Source: a virus. Taken from it: a stretch of 64,000 bases of DNA. The position numbers were made by a program, and so were the translations under genes. Where the stretch lies: IMG/VR virus record IMGVR_UViG_3300031539_000004, positions 1 through 64,000 of that record. One strand, 5' to 3'. Positions 43,741-54,780 of this stretch are shown piece by piece; the first letter of the stretch is position 1, and each line of letters opens with the position of its first letter. Under the pieces are notes generated by a model. The model was not told the origin of the DNA, did no database searches, and saw only the letters and a list, made by a program, of their open reading frames with translations.

Positions 43741-45045
43741 TCAGAAGTCGGTGTCGATCGCCGACGGGAACAGCTCGCCGGTCTCGGCGTTCACTACCTC
43801 GAGGCCCGAGTGGTCGATGTATCGCTGGCACATCATGTCGACCCACTTCGGTTCCAGCTCCATGAGCGCGGCCCGCCGGCCCGTCTTGTGCGCGGCGATG
43901 AGCAGCGACCCGGACCCGCCGAACGGGTCGTAGGCGAGCTCGCCCGAGTGGAGGTGGTTCTCGAGCGGTTGGACGTAGATGGAGACCGGCTTCTGCGTCG
44001 GGTGGGCGGTCTTGTCGTCGGTCTTCGATGACATGATGTGCTTCGGCGAGGGGGCCTCCCACACCGTCGACCGGTTGCGATCGACGTGGAACGGGACGGT
44101 GCGGCCCTTCTTGCGGGCGAACCAGGCGGGCTCGTGCTGCCAGTGGTAGTAGCTGCGGCCGAGCGAGAACCGTTGCTTGACCCACACGATCTGCTGGAGG
44201 ATCTCGTACCCGGCGTCCTCGAGGCCTTCCCACACGACGTGCGCGTGGCTGGCGGCGTGCCAGACGAGGGCGATGGTGGCGTCGCTGAGCCGGTACGCCT
44301 CACGCCAGTCGTCCTCGTCGTCGTTCGCGACGTGATCGGTGGACCCGGGGGCGAGCTGGGGGAGCGCGGCGTCGCGCCAGGTGTGGTCCAGTTCGATGCC
44401 GTAAGGCGGGTCGGTGAGCATGGCGACCGGGCGCTCGCCGTCGAGGAGGCGGGCCACGTCGGCGGCGTCGGTGCTCGAGCCGCAGAGGAGCCGGTGTTCA
44501 CCGCCGAGGATCCACAGGTCGCCGAGCTTGGTCGTCGGGATGGTGGGCGCGGCGGGGACCGCGTCCTCGTCGCCCTGGCCGGCCCGGAACCCGTTCACCT
44601 TGTAGAGCAGGTCGGCGAGGTCTTCGTCGGCGAACCCGGTGCCGATGAGCGAGTCGGCGTCGGCGATGTCTTTCAGGATGCGGGCGAGGACCGGGTCGTC
44701 GTAGGTCGCGAGGTCGGAGGTCCGGTTGTCGGCGACGAGGATCTTGGCGGCTCGCACGTCGTCTACGTCGAGCCAGATGACCGGGACCTCCTTGAGGCCG
44801 ACCCGGCGGGCGGCGAGGTACCGGTGGTTCCCGGCGAGGATGCGGCCCTTGGCGCGGTCGCCTCGGGGCGTCTGGCAGACGAGCGGGGCGGTGAACCCGT
44901 TCTCGCGGATCGACTCGGCGATGACTTCGACGTTCCCTTCGCGCGGGTTGTCGGGGTGCTGCTCGAGGGCGTCGAGGTTCACGAAGGCCAGCTCGTACCC
45001 TTCGGCCAGGGAGTCGGCGAGCTCGGTGGGGATCGTGTCGGTCAT
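43741..45045 (-). CDS. ParB-like nuclease domain + N4C/N6A DNA methyltransferase fusion
   Basis: LEQHPDNPR…SIRENGF…ILAGNHR…ADNRTS (ParBc); TDPPYG; HPTQKP; YDPFGGSGS. Confidence 0.92.
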   Translation of the reverse strand: MTDTIPTELADSLAEGYELAFVNLDALEQHPDNPREGNVEVIAESIRENGFTAPLVCQTPRGDRAKGRILAGNHRYLAARRVGLKEVPVIWLDVDDVRAAKILVADNRTSDLATYDDPVLARILKDIADADSLIGTGFADEDLADLLYKVNGFRAGQGDEDAVPAAPTIPTTKLGDLWILGGEHRLLCGSSTDAADVARLLDGERPVAMLTDPPYGIELDHTWRDAALPQLAPGSTDHVANDDEDDWREAYRLSDATIALVWHAASHAHVVWEGLEDAGYEILQQIVWVKQRFSLGRSYYHWQHEPAWFARKKGRTVPFHVDRNRSTVWEAPSPKHIMSSKTDDKTAHPTQKPVSIYVQPLENHLHSGELAYDPFGGSGSLLIAAHKTGRRAALMELEPKWVDMMCQRYIDHSGLEVVNAETGELFPSAIDTDF

Positions 45046-45131
45046 GGCCGTCGAGGGTACACGGGGCGGTTGGTTGCGTAGCCGATCGGGTGACGGTACG
45101 GTCCGACGGCGGCGCGACAGGAGGAGACCGA

Positions 45132-45380
45132 ATGGCTCGAAGTGAAGCGGCACCGAGGCCCGACCCGCCGGCCCAAGAGGTCGGCTTGTATCGGGCGTTC
45201 GATCGCTGGGGGAACGTGATATGGGAGTGCCCGGGGTTCGTGGCGGGGCGGTCGAAGGTCCCGGCGGGGTTCAGCGTGGTGATGGCGGCGATGACGATCA
45301 CCGGTCCCCGAGGGAAGGTGCTCCGCAAGTGGGACCCGTGGGGGGCGCTCGAGCTGGCCCGCAAGCTGGCCGCCGAGTAG
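45132..45380 (+). CDS. Hypothetical protein
   Basis: SD AGGAG; divergent promoter TTGCGT-17-TACGGT at 45074-45102. Confidence 0.55.
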   Translation: MARSEAAPRPDPPAQEVGLYRAFDRWGNVIWECPGFVAGRSKVPAGFSVVMAAMTITGPRGKVLRKWDPWGALELARKLAAE

Positions 45381-45446
45381 GGGTTCTTCGGGGCGGTTCT
45401 GGAAGAAGGCGCTGACCAGCGTCTTCGCGCGGCTCGCCGCCCCGGT

Positions 45447-45480
45447 TGTAGTTGATCCGGCTACACCGGTCGGGTACGGT
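45447..45480 (+). promoter_or_regulatory. Operator/promoter
   Basis: TGTAG ttgatccgg CTACA; -35 TTGATC, 17 bp, -10 TACGGT; ATG 6 nt downstream. Confidence 0.85.
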
Positions 45481-45486
45481 GTGTCC

Positions 45487-46476
45487 ATGACGAACACCGC
45501 AACCACGACCTACTGGCTGGTCTGGAGCACCGCCACCGAGGGGGAGCAGAGCATCGGCTTCCGCAACCCCGAGGCCCGGCAGCGCTTCATCGACGCCAGC
45601 ACCAACAGCCCCCACCCGGTACGAGGCTTCCGGGTGATCGCCCAAGGAGAGACCACACGATGACCGAGATGATCGCACTCCCGACCGGCGAGCGCATGCG
45701 CCCGACCGAGGCGCTCGACGCCACCTACATGAGCGACGACCTGACGCTCCACATCCTCGACATGGGCGACGGCAAGCTCCGGGCCTTCACGACTTGGGGA
45801 TCGCTCATGGCGGTCGGCGACTCGGCCTACTTCACGCACGACCAGACGCGCCGAGACCTCGGCCACGGCACCTGCGTGACGACCCGCCACCCCGGCGGGG
45901 CCACCGAGGGCGAGCCGCTGCCCGCCAAGAAGATCCCGCATTGGGTGGCGAAGTGATGATGATCCTCGCCGAGTACGCCACCCCGCACTTCACCTTCCGC
46001 ACCGTGAACCGGATCGCCGGGGACGCGGTGGTCACCATCGAGCGGGCGTGGGCCAAGCACGCCGCCGAGACCGGAGCGGACCCCGACTACTTCGACGCCG
46101 ACGACGTGACGATCCACAACCTCGAGGAGGGGGTCGTCGCCCGCGATGGCGTCGGCCAAGACCCGGGCTTTTACGTCGACCCCGACTTCGCCCGATGACC
46201 ACCACCACCACCACACAAGGAGACGCCGACATGGCGAATGCAACCCTGACAGGACCGAAGGCCGACGAGGCCACCTACCACCGCGAGCGGATGGCCCGAC
46301 TGGTCGGCGCGACGATCACCGTCGCTGACGTGGCGCTGGACGACAGCGACCCGAGCTGGCCCGAGCTGTGGCCGATCCTCAAGGTCACGCTGACCGACGG
46401 CACCGAGGTGCAGCTCGAGATCAGCCGCGACCCCGAGGGCAACGGCCCCGGCCACATCTTCATCGGGGGGGAGTGA
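45487..46476 (+). CDS. Early operon of four orphans (45487-45663, 45660-45956, 45956-46198, 46231-46476)
   Basis: Leaderless first gene, coupled overlaps, SD AAGGAG; last gene has the SRDPEGNGPG motif. Confidence 0.6.
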
Positions 46477-46491
46477 CCTGACCCGACACGG

Positions 46492-46520
46492 TTGCAAGGC
46501 GTAGCCGATGCGGCTACGGT
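46492..46520 (+). promoter_or_regulatory. Promoter with the perfect palindromic operator
   Basis: TTGCAA-17-TACGGT; CGTAGCCG-ATG-CGGCTACG at 46500-46518. Confidence 0.85.
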
Positions 46521-46564
46521 CCCTGCTTCCTGTACCATTCCTGCGACACAAGGAGAGCTACACC

Positions 46565-46879
46565 ATGACACCCACAGCCACCGACACCGACGAGATCGTC
46601 GTCGGCGACGTGCTCGGGCTGGTGGAGATCGCCGCACTCCTCGAGGTCCAGAAGCGCACGCCACGCATGTGGCAATTCCGCGGGCTGCTCCCGGCCGCCG
46701 ACTTCGAGTCGGTGAACCATCAGCCCGCATGGAAGCGCCGCACCGTCCTGAAGTGGGCGGCGACGACCGACCGGCTCCCCGAGTCGGGCGCACTGGACGC
46801 CGAGGCGAAGCGGTATCTCCCGAAGCCGAAGAAGGCCAAGGCCCCCGCCAAGAAGGCAGCGGCCAAGGACAAGAAGTGA
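46565..46879 (+). CDS. Small HTH DNA-binding protein (AlpA/excisionase-like), candidate repressor
   Basis: VLGLVEIAALLEVQKRTPRMWQFRGLLP…PAWKRRTVLKWA; Lys-rich tail; SD AAGGAG. Confidence 0.75.
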   Translation: MTPTATDTDEIVVGDVLGLVEIAALLEVQKRTPRMWQFRGLLPAADFESVNHQPAWKRRTVLKWAATTDRLPESGALDAEAKRYLPKPKKAKAPAKKAAAKDKK

Positions 46880-47091
46880 GCGGCCCGATCGTCGGGCTGA
46901 GCGCCGAACGAACCGACGAGGTACTCGCGGAGGCCCGCGCCGCTGTTGCGGAAGGGGCGTCCACGATCGCCGAGGTGACCGCCGCGCTCGGCCAGGATGA
47001 GGGCGTCGTCACCGCCGCGCTGCTCCGGTTGCGCGACGCCGGCGACGTCGTTCTCGATCGACAGACCCGCACGTTCCGAGTGGAGGACTGA
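46876..47091 (+). CDS. Small winged-helix-like protein
   Basis: TIAEVTAALG…VTAALLRLRDAGDV pattern; GTGA overlap. Confidence 0.5.
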   Translation: MSGPIVGLSAERTDEVLAEARAAVAEGASTIAEVTAALGQDEGVVTAALLRLRDAGDVVLDRQTRTFRVED

Positions 47092-47093
47092 CC

Positions 47094-47474
47094 ATGACCA
47101 TGCCGATCGACTGGCTCGAGTTCGTTGTGCTGGCGCTCGCCGCCTACCGCATCACCCGGTTCCTGCTCTTCGACTCGCTCCTCGGGATGGGGCTGGTCGG
47201 CAAGGAGTTCGCCTCACCGCTCGCCGCGAAGGTTGACCGGTTCGGCTACGACGAGGAGGGCAACGACCGGTCGTGGATCCGCGGCAAGCTCTCTGACCTG
47301 CTCACCTGCCCGTGGTGCCTCGGGTTCTGGATCTCGGCCGCGGCGTACTTCTCGTGGCTCGGCGCGACCGAGGGGTGGGACTTCATTGTCGACACCCCGC
47401 TGCCCGTTCACGGGCTGGTCGTCTTCGCGATCGCCGCGGTCCAGGGGTACCTGAACAGCAGGCCGGGCGCGTGA
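47094..47474 (+). CDS. DUF1360-like membrane protein
   Basis: LALAAYRITRFLLFD…LLTCPWCLGFWIS. Confidence 0.75.
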   Translation: MTMPIDWLEFVVLALAAYRITRFLLFDSLLGMGLVGKEFASPLAAKVDRFGYDEEGNDRSWIRGKLSDLLTCPWCLGFWISAAAYFSWLGATEGWDFIVDTPLPVHGLVVFAIAAVQGYLNSRPGA

Positions 47475-47779
47475 CGGCCGCGCTTCGCTGCGACGGCCCG
47501 GACTGCCCGGAGCTGGTGGTCGACCCCGAGCGGGCGGTCCGCTGGTGGCGACTCGAGCGGAACGGCGCGAACATCGATGTGCCCGAAATCCCCGGCGAGA
47601 TCCCGCAGATGCGGCTGATGACCGGCGGTCTCGAGGTTCATCTGCACGGCGACGAGGACGAGGAGGTGGCCGCCCCCGAGCTCGGCGAGGAAGATCTCGA
47701 CCCGGCGGTGCTCCACTTCCACGCGGCCCGATGCCTCGCGGGGTGGGCCGACATGGCCGCGGCGCTCGGCGAGGAGTGA
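47471..47779 (+). CDS. Hypothetical protein
   Basis: CDGPDC…HFHAARC; GTGA overlap. Confidence 0.5.
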   Translation: MTAALRCDGPDCPELVVDPERAVRWWRLERNGANIDVPEIPGEIPQMRLMTGGLEVHLHGDEDEEVAAPELGEEDLDPAVLHFHAARCLAGWADMAAALGEE

Positions 47780-47783
47780 CCCG

Positions 47784-48167
47784 GTGCCCGATTGGGAGGA
47801 CTGCGTCGCCGCCGTCGCCTTCGTTTCGGGGTTCGGCCAGGCCGAGCTGACCGGCACCGCTGGCCCGCAGAAGCGGCCGCTGACGCAGTGGCGTGGCGTG
47901 ATGGCGTACATCGCCGTCGATGAGGCGGGCGTCGGGCTGGCCGAGCTCGCCGCCCGATGTGGCCGCTCGAGGTCGTGGGCGACGCAGACCGTTCACCGGA
48001 TCGAACGCCAGCTCGATCGAACGTCGGCCCACTACGACCCGGGTCTGGTCGTCGCGATCGGTCGGGCACGCCAAGCGATCGGTCTCGGTGTGCAGGCGAA
48101 GATGGGCGACCAGCTACCCGAGAACGTGGTGAGCTTGGCGGCGCACCGCCGAGCGAGGAGCGCCTGA
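47784..48167 (+). CDS. HTH protein (DnaA C-terminal/TrpR-like)
   Basis: MAYIAVDEAGVGLAELAARCGRSRSWATQTVHRIE. Confidence 0.5.
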   Translation: MPDWEDCVAAVAFVSGFGQAELTGTAGPQKRPLTQWRGVMAYIAVDEAGVGLAELAARCGRSRSWATQTVHRIERQLDRTSAHYDPGLVVAIGRARQAIGLGVQAKMGDQLPENVVSLAAHRRARSA

Positions 48168-48866
48168 TGGGCGACGTGACCCCCCACCGCGACCCGCGGA
48201 CCCCGCAGGAGATCTACGACCGGACCGCGGCGGCCGACGTGTTCCCCCGCGACCCCCGCCGGCGAGGCGAGGTCACCGTCACGCTCGACGCCGGGAACAT
48301 GGCGGTCATCATGGAAGCCTTGGCCCACTACCACGACAACGGCCCGAGGCAGCGTTCGTGCCGGGAGACGCAGCTCGCCATGCTCCGGTTCGAGATCGGC
48401 CGTGAGGGGGCCGCTGAGGGCGTCTCAGGGGAACGTGGTCTGCCCGCCGCCTCCGACATTGAGGACCAGCTACCGGTGAGGAGAACCGAATGAGCGACAG
48501 CCCGAGGTGCGTCCCGACCCCCCGACCTTCCGACCCGGTCCCCTGGCCGGCGCTCGCCCTGTTCCTGACCGCTTGCGTGGTGGTCGGCGCGGCCGTCGGG
48601 TGGACGATCGCCGGGCGGATCGCTGACCGGCTGGGGGCATGATGAACCGGTACCGGATCGTCTACCGGCAGGCGTGGCGCACCGACAACGGCCAGGAGAT
48701 CACCCCCGACCCGACCATCCTCCACGCCGACGGGTTCGAAGAGGGGCCATACGGGGTGAGCTTCTACCGCAACAACCCCGACCGGCGACCCGACGAACCG
48801 GACCGGGTCTACTGGATCCCGCTTGACGTGATCCGCCTCGTCAAGCTGGAGCCCGACGATGAGTGA
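48167..48866 (+). CDS. Three small orphans (48167-48493, 48490-48642 TM, 48639-48866)
   Basis: Chained TGATG/ATGA overlaps. Confidence 0.5.
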
Positions 48867-49389
48867 GCTGGTCGACGCCGCGTACCTGCTCATCGCCGAC
48901 GCTCGGGCGATGATGGCCCACTTCGCCACCGAGGACCCCGAGCGGGTCCTGCGCCCCGGGTGGCAGCGGATGGGCGAGCACGCCGACGCCCTCGAGGCCG
49001 CCCTCGACGCCAGCGACCTGCCGCTCACCGACCCGGGAGCCAACACGCCGGGACCGGTGCGAGGTGGAGCGCTCGCCACCGAACGGGCCGCGGCCCTGGC
49101 CGTGATGCCGAACACCGGCACCGTGCGCCTTGAGGTGCTCGAACGGATCGCCGCCGCCGGCGATGACGGCAGAACCCACCCCGAGCTCGAGGAGGTTCTG
49201 AAGGGCCGCGCCGCGCCGAGCTCGGTGCGGACCCGCTGCTCCGAGCTGGTGACCGGCGGCTGGGTTCGGGAGACCGCCGAGACCAGGCCGACCGCGGCGG
49301 GGCTGGACGCTACGGTCTGGAAGCTCACCGAGAAGGGCCGCGCCGAGCTTGGGCTGGAACCCTCGCCGCCGGCTTCGTTGTTCAACTGA
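48859..49389 (+). CDS. Winged-helix DNA-binding protein
   Basis: THPELEEVL…SSVRTRCSELVTGGWVRE…RPT…VWKLTEKG. Confidence 0.65.
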   Translation: MSELVDAAYLLIADARAMMAHFATEDPERVLRPGWQRMGEHADALEAALDASDLPLTDPGANTPGPVRGGALATERAAALAVMPNTGTVRLEVLERIAAAGDDGRTHPELEEVLKGRAAPSSVRTRCSELVTGGWVRETAETRPTAAGLDATVWKLTEKGRAELGLEPSPPASLFN

Positions 49390-49401
49390 GGAGGAATCCG
49401 A

Positions 49402-51009
49402 ATGGATCAGCACGAATCAGACCGGGCCGCGACCTTCAGGGTCTTGGGCGAGATCGCCGGCGAGCGGGACCGCCAGATCGATCGGCATGGCCACAACCCT
49501 GACAAGGACGACCGGCAGCCGATGTCATGGTGGGGCTGGCTTCTGGCGCGGCGGGCGACGGATCTGTCGTGCCCGGTGACCGCGGTGGTCGCCGATGACC
49601 CGCGCCGGCAGCTCCTCGAGATCGCCTCTATCGCCGTCGCCGCGCTCGAGTCGCTCGATCGTCGGGTCGCGAAGGTCGATCCGCTGGGGGCGACGTTGCT
49701 CGGCTGCTCTTGCGGGTTCCCGGCTCAGCTCCCCGACGATCACCGGGCCGGGTGCATCTACTCGGGCTACCCGCCCGAGGTCGAGGTCAACGGCCACACC
49801 TACCTGAACCCGCACTACTTGACCGTGACCGAGGACTCCGAGCTGGTGGTCGATGATCTCGCCGAGGGGATGCCTCCGGTGATCGTCGCGTCGTACACGC
49901 CGGCCGACGAGGTGGACCGCGGCGAGGATCAGCCTCCGAGCCTCTTCGAAGCTCACCACTACCGGACCCACGACCGGCCGTGGCCTCCGTACCCGCACAA
50001 CGATCCCGACGCCGGGAAGGAGCCGGGCGACCCGCCGCGGAAGACCTTGCCTGAGATGGGGGGACCGAAGACGTGACCGCACCGATGGATGACCCGGGCC
50101 TCCTCACCGAAGCCGAGCACAAGCTGATGGACCTGCTCGGCGAGGTCGCCGACCGGTTCCGCATGGCGATCCTCGACTCGTCCACCGAGGACGGGAACGC
50201 CCGAGATCACCGCCCGGAGATCGCTGACTTCGATTGGAACGAGGTCGCCGCGATCATCCACCAACTGCAGGCGAAGGTGATGAGCCAGGCCGCGGCGCGC
50301 ACCTACCCTGACCGGTACCGGCGACTCGGCGGCCCACCCCCGAGGATCGCCGAGCACCACTACCGCCCGACCAAGGAGACCGCCGATGGCTGACACCTCC
50401 CGCTACTCGCGACCAGGAGCCGACGACGTTCCCGAGGTGACCGTGATCCCCGGCCCGAGCTCGGCGAGCTGCGCGTGCGGCCACCACCTGAATCAGCACA
50501 ACGGGATGACCACTCACCCCGACGACGGCGGCGTGATCGCCAGCGGCTACTGCGTCGCCTGCGACTGCAGCGACTTCGACGCGACCCGCCGAGGCGAGCT
50601 GATCACCCCGAGCTACACCGAGGGCGAATGGGTCGACGTGTTCGAACGGTTCCTCGCCGACCGCCACTGCATCCTCTACGGCCAAGCGCGCCCGTGCTCC
50701 TCCGACGCCGAGCGCCGAGCCGTCGCCGAATGGTTCGCCGCCGAGGTCATCGCCGCCGCCGGCGAGGTCATCGAGGGCTGATCCGTGACCGGGACGCTGA
50801 TCGAGGATGATGAACCCGAGCGACCCGAGGGGCTGCTCGAGGTGGGCCTCTGGTGCAACGTCTGCCTGCTCCCGTCGGCCGCGGTCGCCCCGGTGACGCT
50901 CACCGCTGGTCCTGGCGGCCGGGTGATCGGCCAGATGGTCGTGACGATCTGCCTCGATTGCGGGGCCGTTCTGGACGGCGACGGCAACCCGAAACCAGCG
51001 ACGATCTGA
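49402..51009 (+). CDS. Four orphans (49402-50076, 50073-50393, 50386-50781, 50785-51009)
   Basis: SD sites and overlapping starts/stops; several CxC/CxxC motifs. Confidence 0.55.
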
Positions 51010-51057
51010 ACAACCCCGTGACCAGCGTCTTTGCACCCCCGATCCGGCCCGCAAGAC

Positions 51058-51086
51058 TGGACGGGTGTAGTCGGACCCGCTACAGT
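51058..51086 (+). promoter_or_regulatory. Operator/promoter
   Basis: TGGACG-17-TACAGT; TGTAG tcggacccg CTACA; ATG 7 nt downstream. Confidence 0.8.
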
Positions 51087-51093
51087 GGTCCAC

Positions 51094-52476
51094 ATGATGA
51101 ACCACGCAAACACCGGCCAGGACCACTGCGAAAGCTGCGGCACCACCGAGGCCGAGGACATCGCCAACCTCAGCGACACCGAGGGCTACACCCGCTGCTG
51201 CAACGAGCTGGTCTGCACCGGTCACGGCCTCAGCACCTTCGGCACCGACGAGGTGAACGCCCGGGCATGCTGCTGGGCCAAGGCCGAAGAGCAGGGCATC
51301 ACCGAGGGCTGGCGGCACTGAGCAGCCGGACCCACCGACCACCGACCGACCCACCACCAAGAGGAGCCGACATGGCCCGCAACCTGAGAGTGCCAACCAA
51401 CCCCCGCCGAGAGCTGGACCGAGCACGCGCCAACCGCGACGCGCTCACCGCAGTCTTCGAAAAGATCGAGGACGCCCTCGAGCGCTTCGAACTGGTCGGC
51501 GACGCCGACGCCTCACCCGCCGAGCGGATCGCCGCCGACGTGGCCCGCGGCATCGTGGACGACGTCGCGACCCGGCTGGTCGAAGCGGAGACCGACGTGG
51601 CGCACGCCGAGCAGGCGATGGTCGGCAACGGCATGGCGGTCCCGGCAGCATGAGCGCCACCCGCTACCGCGCCACCATCGAGTTCACGGCGGGCGACGAG
51701 GCCACCTACGACCAGCTCATCGAGCTGCTCGCGCAGGCCGAGGTCCAGATCGCCGAGCCGTTCATCCCCGGCGATGACGGCAACGACACCTGCGAGTTCG
51801 ACACGACGGTCATCGAGACCACCCTCACGGAGGTCTGACCGATGGGACTCCGCTACCCGCCCGCGCCGCCGGTCACCGACAAGCCCGGCGACTACGACCC
51901 GACGACGCCCGACTCGCCGTCGATGAGGCACCTCCGTTCGCATGGCGGGTTCCTCACGATGGCGTCGTGCCCGTACTGCGCCGAGGTGGCCGCCGATGCC
52001 GAGCTTCGATGAGCACGACCCGGTCGAGATCGTGACCGAGGTCCGCTTCGCTGACGGTCGCCGGGTTCGGGTGACGATGACGCGCCCCGAGCGGGAGCGT
52101 CGCTTCGGCGACCCGCGGCTCACGTTCGCCATCGAGGCGGTCAACGAGGACCGCACCGACTTCGTGGGCGGTCACCCGCTCACCACGAACGACTTCGAAG
52201 GGATCCGCATGAACGCTTCGACCACGGGCGAGGCCACGATCGAGAGGCTGGGCGACGATGGCTGACTGGCCGACGTTCCAAGAGGCTGCCGAGGCCGAAC
52301 GCCAGCGCCACCAAGCAGCGCAGCGAATGGCTCACGCCGCCTACGTCGGGCTGCGCCAGGTCCGGCCGGCGCTCGAGGCGTTCGCCGACGCGGTGAAGGG
52401 TGTTGGCGTTGCGTTCGCCGAGTTCGCCGAGAAGATGAAGGCGGTCAGCGACGCTGGTGACGAGGCCCCCGAATGA
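51094..52476 (+). CDS. Early operon of six orphans (51094-51321, 51372-51653, 51650-51838, 51842-52012, 51996-52265, 52258-52476)
   Basis: Leaderless first gene, coupled downstream ORFs. Confidence 0.55.
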
Positions 52477-52477
52477 G

Positions 52478-52507
52478 TTGCATGCCTGTAGCGGGATCGG
52501 CTACGGT
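52478..52507 (+). promoter_or_regulatory. Operator/promoter
   Basis: TTGCAT-18-TACGGT; TGTAG cgggatcgg CTACG; ATG 7 nt downstream. Confidence 0.8.
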
Positions 52508-52514
52508 TCAGTCC

Positions 52515-53639
52515 ATGATGAACACCGAGAACCCAACGATCACAACCCACCTCCAGCTTCGCCTCACGGTCTCCGACGGGCGCACCGCCTACCGGCCGGT
52601 CCGTAAGGGCGGCGAGGCCGAGGCCATCGCCAGCGCCCGCGAGGCGGTCGGCACGACCACGACGGTCGATGACGGCAGCTCCTCGCAGGCCATCGCTCGC
52701 AACCCGGTCACCGTCACGGCGGTCACCGTCGAGCGGGTCGAGTGGACGTGGGCCGAGGTTGACGGCCAGCGCACCTGCACCGACGAGCGGACCGTCACGG
52801 TCGCAGAGGTTGCGTGATGAGCGCCACCGAACAGCCCCTCGCCATCGAGGTCACGGACCTCGAGCTGATCGAATGGGGCCTCGGCTCCTGCCTCAGCGCA
52901 GCCGACCGTGGGATGGAGTGGCTGCGGCCGCTCCTGAGCTGCGGCCACTACGGCGCTCCGGTCTTCGACGGGTCGAGCCAGTGGGACTTCCCCGACGACG
53001 AGCACGCCTGCCCGACCTGCGGCGAGACCCGCCAGTGGCACCTCCGGGTGCAGGCTGCGCTCGCCAACGCCTAACCCGACCACCAACCAAGGAGAAGCCG
53101 ACATGGCCTACAACGAACTGATCCGAGGACTCGAGCTGGAGCCTGGCCTCACGGTCAACGCCTACGACGAGACCCGGTACGCCCGAGACGAGGGCTGGCG
53201 GGAGCGCACCAAGAAGTCCCGGCTGTACGTCGGGGTGCGTGGCGAATCGCTCGCCGCCAACTTCGTCAACCGTCACCACCGCCCCAACATCGAGTGGGCG
53301 AAGATGGTCCGGGCGCGGGTCCTCCCGGTGCTCGGGCTGCCCGCAAAGGGGATGCGCTGGAACGTCCACGCCGGTTGCGGGTCGTGCCCATGCTCGCCCG
53401 GGTTCATCCTCCCCGGCTGGTTCGCTCCGGTCGATCGTGACGACCTGAGCAAGGGGTTCGCCGACTCGGGGTACGCCACCGACCGGGCCGCGCACTTCCA
53501 TGTGGACGCCGACTTCGACATCCTCGAGGAGCCGTTCGTGAAGCTCGGGGCGTTGGACGCACGGTGGCGTGCCGAGAAGGTCGCCGAGCTGCTTGGCGAG
53601 TGCCGGGTGATCCCCGCTGAGCTAGTGGTCGCGGGTTGA
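52515..53639 (+). CDS. Early operon of three orphans (52515-52817, 52814-53074, 53103-53639)
   Basis: Leaderless first gene; SD AAGGAG before 53103; HAGCGSCPCSPGF motif in the third. Confidence 0.6.
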
Positions 53640-53667
53640 GCTACAGGTCGGCGGCTACCGTCGCGGC

Positions 53668-53925
53668 GTGTCTTACTACAGTCGGGGGCAGCCGGTTCGG
53701 GCTACACCGCTCGTGCCGGTGTCCTCGTCGGCCCCGAAGCGGGCCAGCGGGCGACGCGATTGTGCGACCGAGGAGTGCGGCACCGTGCTGAGCCGATACA
53801 ACCCGGGCGAGATGTGCGCCGGTTGCGAGAGCGAGGCGAAGCGGCGTCCGCTCGGTTCTGAGGCTGAGCAACGCAGGGCCAGGGGCGACGAGCGAGTGAA
53901 GGGTACGGTCTCCGATGATGATTGA
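53668..53925 (+). CDS. Small Zn-finger-like protein
   Basis: RDCATEECGTVLSRYNPGEMCAGCE. Confidence 0.5.
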   Translation: MSYYSRGQPVRATPLVPVSSSAPKRASGRRDCATEECGTVLSRYNPGEMCAGCESEAKRRPLGSEAEQRRARGDERVKGTVSDDD

Positions 53926-54751
53926 CGCTGCGGATCTTCTGATCGCTGGGGCTGGGGCTGCCTCCACCGTCGGCGCGTACTGGTGGGGCCGAGCTCGGGG
54001 GAGGGCGCTCGAGCGGGGCGTCAAGGAGTCGAGCGGGCATCACCCGACGCACGGCGCTGAGGTGGGCGAGGAGGTCGCTGACGGCGACGAGGTGGAGCTG
54101 GAGCCGCTCACCGAGGACGAGGCCGCTGAGGCCCGCCAGGCGATCGCTGACGGCGAGGTGGGCCTGACTCTGGACGACGTGGCCGAGCAGGTCGACGCGT
54201 CGGAGGCGAGGCCGGCCGAGGAGGCGAGGCCCGACGCGGAGCTCCCCCCGATCGGCGCGGCGTCGCCCGCGGCGGAGGTGGTCACCGAGTCGTTGGGTGA
54301 GGTGGTCGCAGAGGCCGAGCGCGACGAGGTGGCCGACGAACCCGAGATGGAGGACGTGACGCCGATCGTGGTCACCGGGCCGCTCGAGCTGCTCGAGGCC
54401 GTCGAGGTGGTCGAGTTACCCGACGAACCCGAGGTGACGACCGAGGAGGTCGTGGTCGAGGTCGATGCGGCCGAGACGGTCGCCGAGCTGACCAGGGCTG
54501 CCCGGCTCGCCGCGGCGTTGGGCGCGGACGTGATGCTCCCCGCCGAGGAGGTCGAGGTCACGCCGACCGGGACCCCGAAGCGGATCCTGCCGGTGAAGCG
54601 GGCGACCAAGCCCGAGGCCGAGGCCGTGGTCGAGGCGATACCGGACCCGGAACCCGAGGCCCCGCCCGCGCCCCGTGAGGCCCCGCATGTCGAGGTCGGA
54701 TCGCTCGACCCTTCGACTGCACCGCCGTTCAAGAAGTGGAACAAACCGTAG
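53915..54751 (+). CDS. Membrane-anchored acidic low-complexity protein
   Basis: N-terminal TM followed by about 240 aa rich in E/A/V/P. Confidence 0.6.
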   Translation: MMIDAADLLIAGAGAASTVGAYWWGRARGRALERGVKESSGHHPTHGAEVGEEVADGDEVELEPLTEDEAAEARQAIADGEVGLTLDDVAEQVDASEARPAEEARPDAELPPIGAASPAAEVVTESLGEVVAEAERDEVADEPEMEDVTPIVVTGPLELLEAVEVVELPDEPEVTTEEVVVEVDAAETVAELTRAARLAAALGADVMLPAEEVEVTPTGTPKRILPVKRATKPEAEAVVEAIPDPEPEAPPAPREAPHVEVGSLDPSTAPPFKKWNKP

Positions 54752-54780
54752 CGTCGTCGGATCGGCTACAGTCCCCGGCG

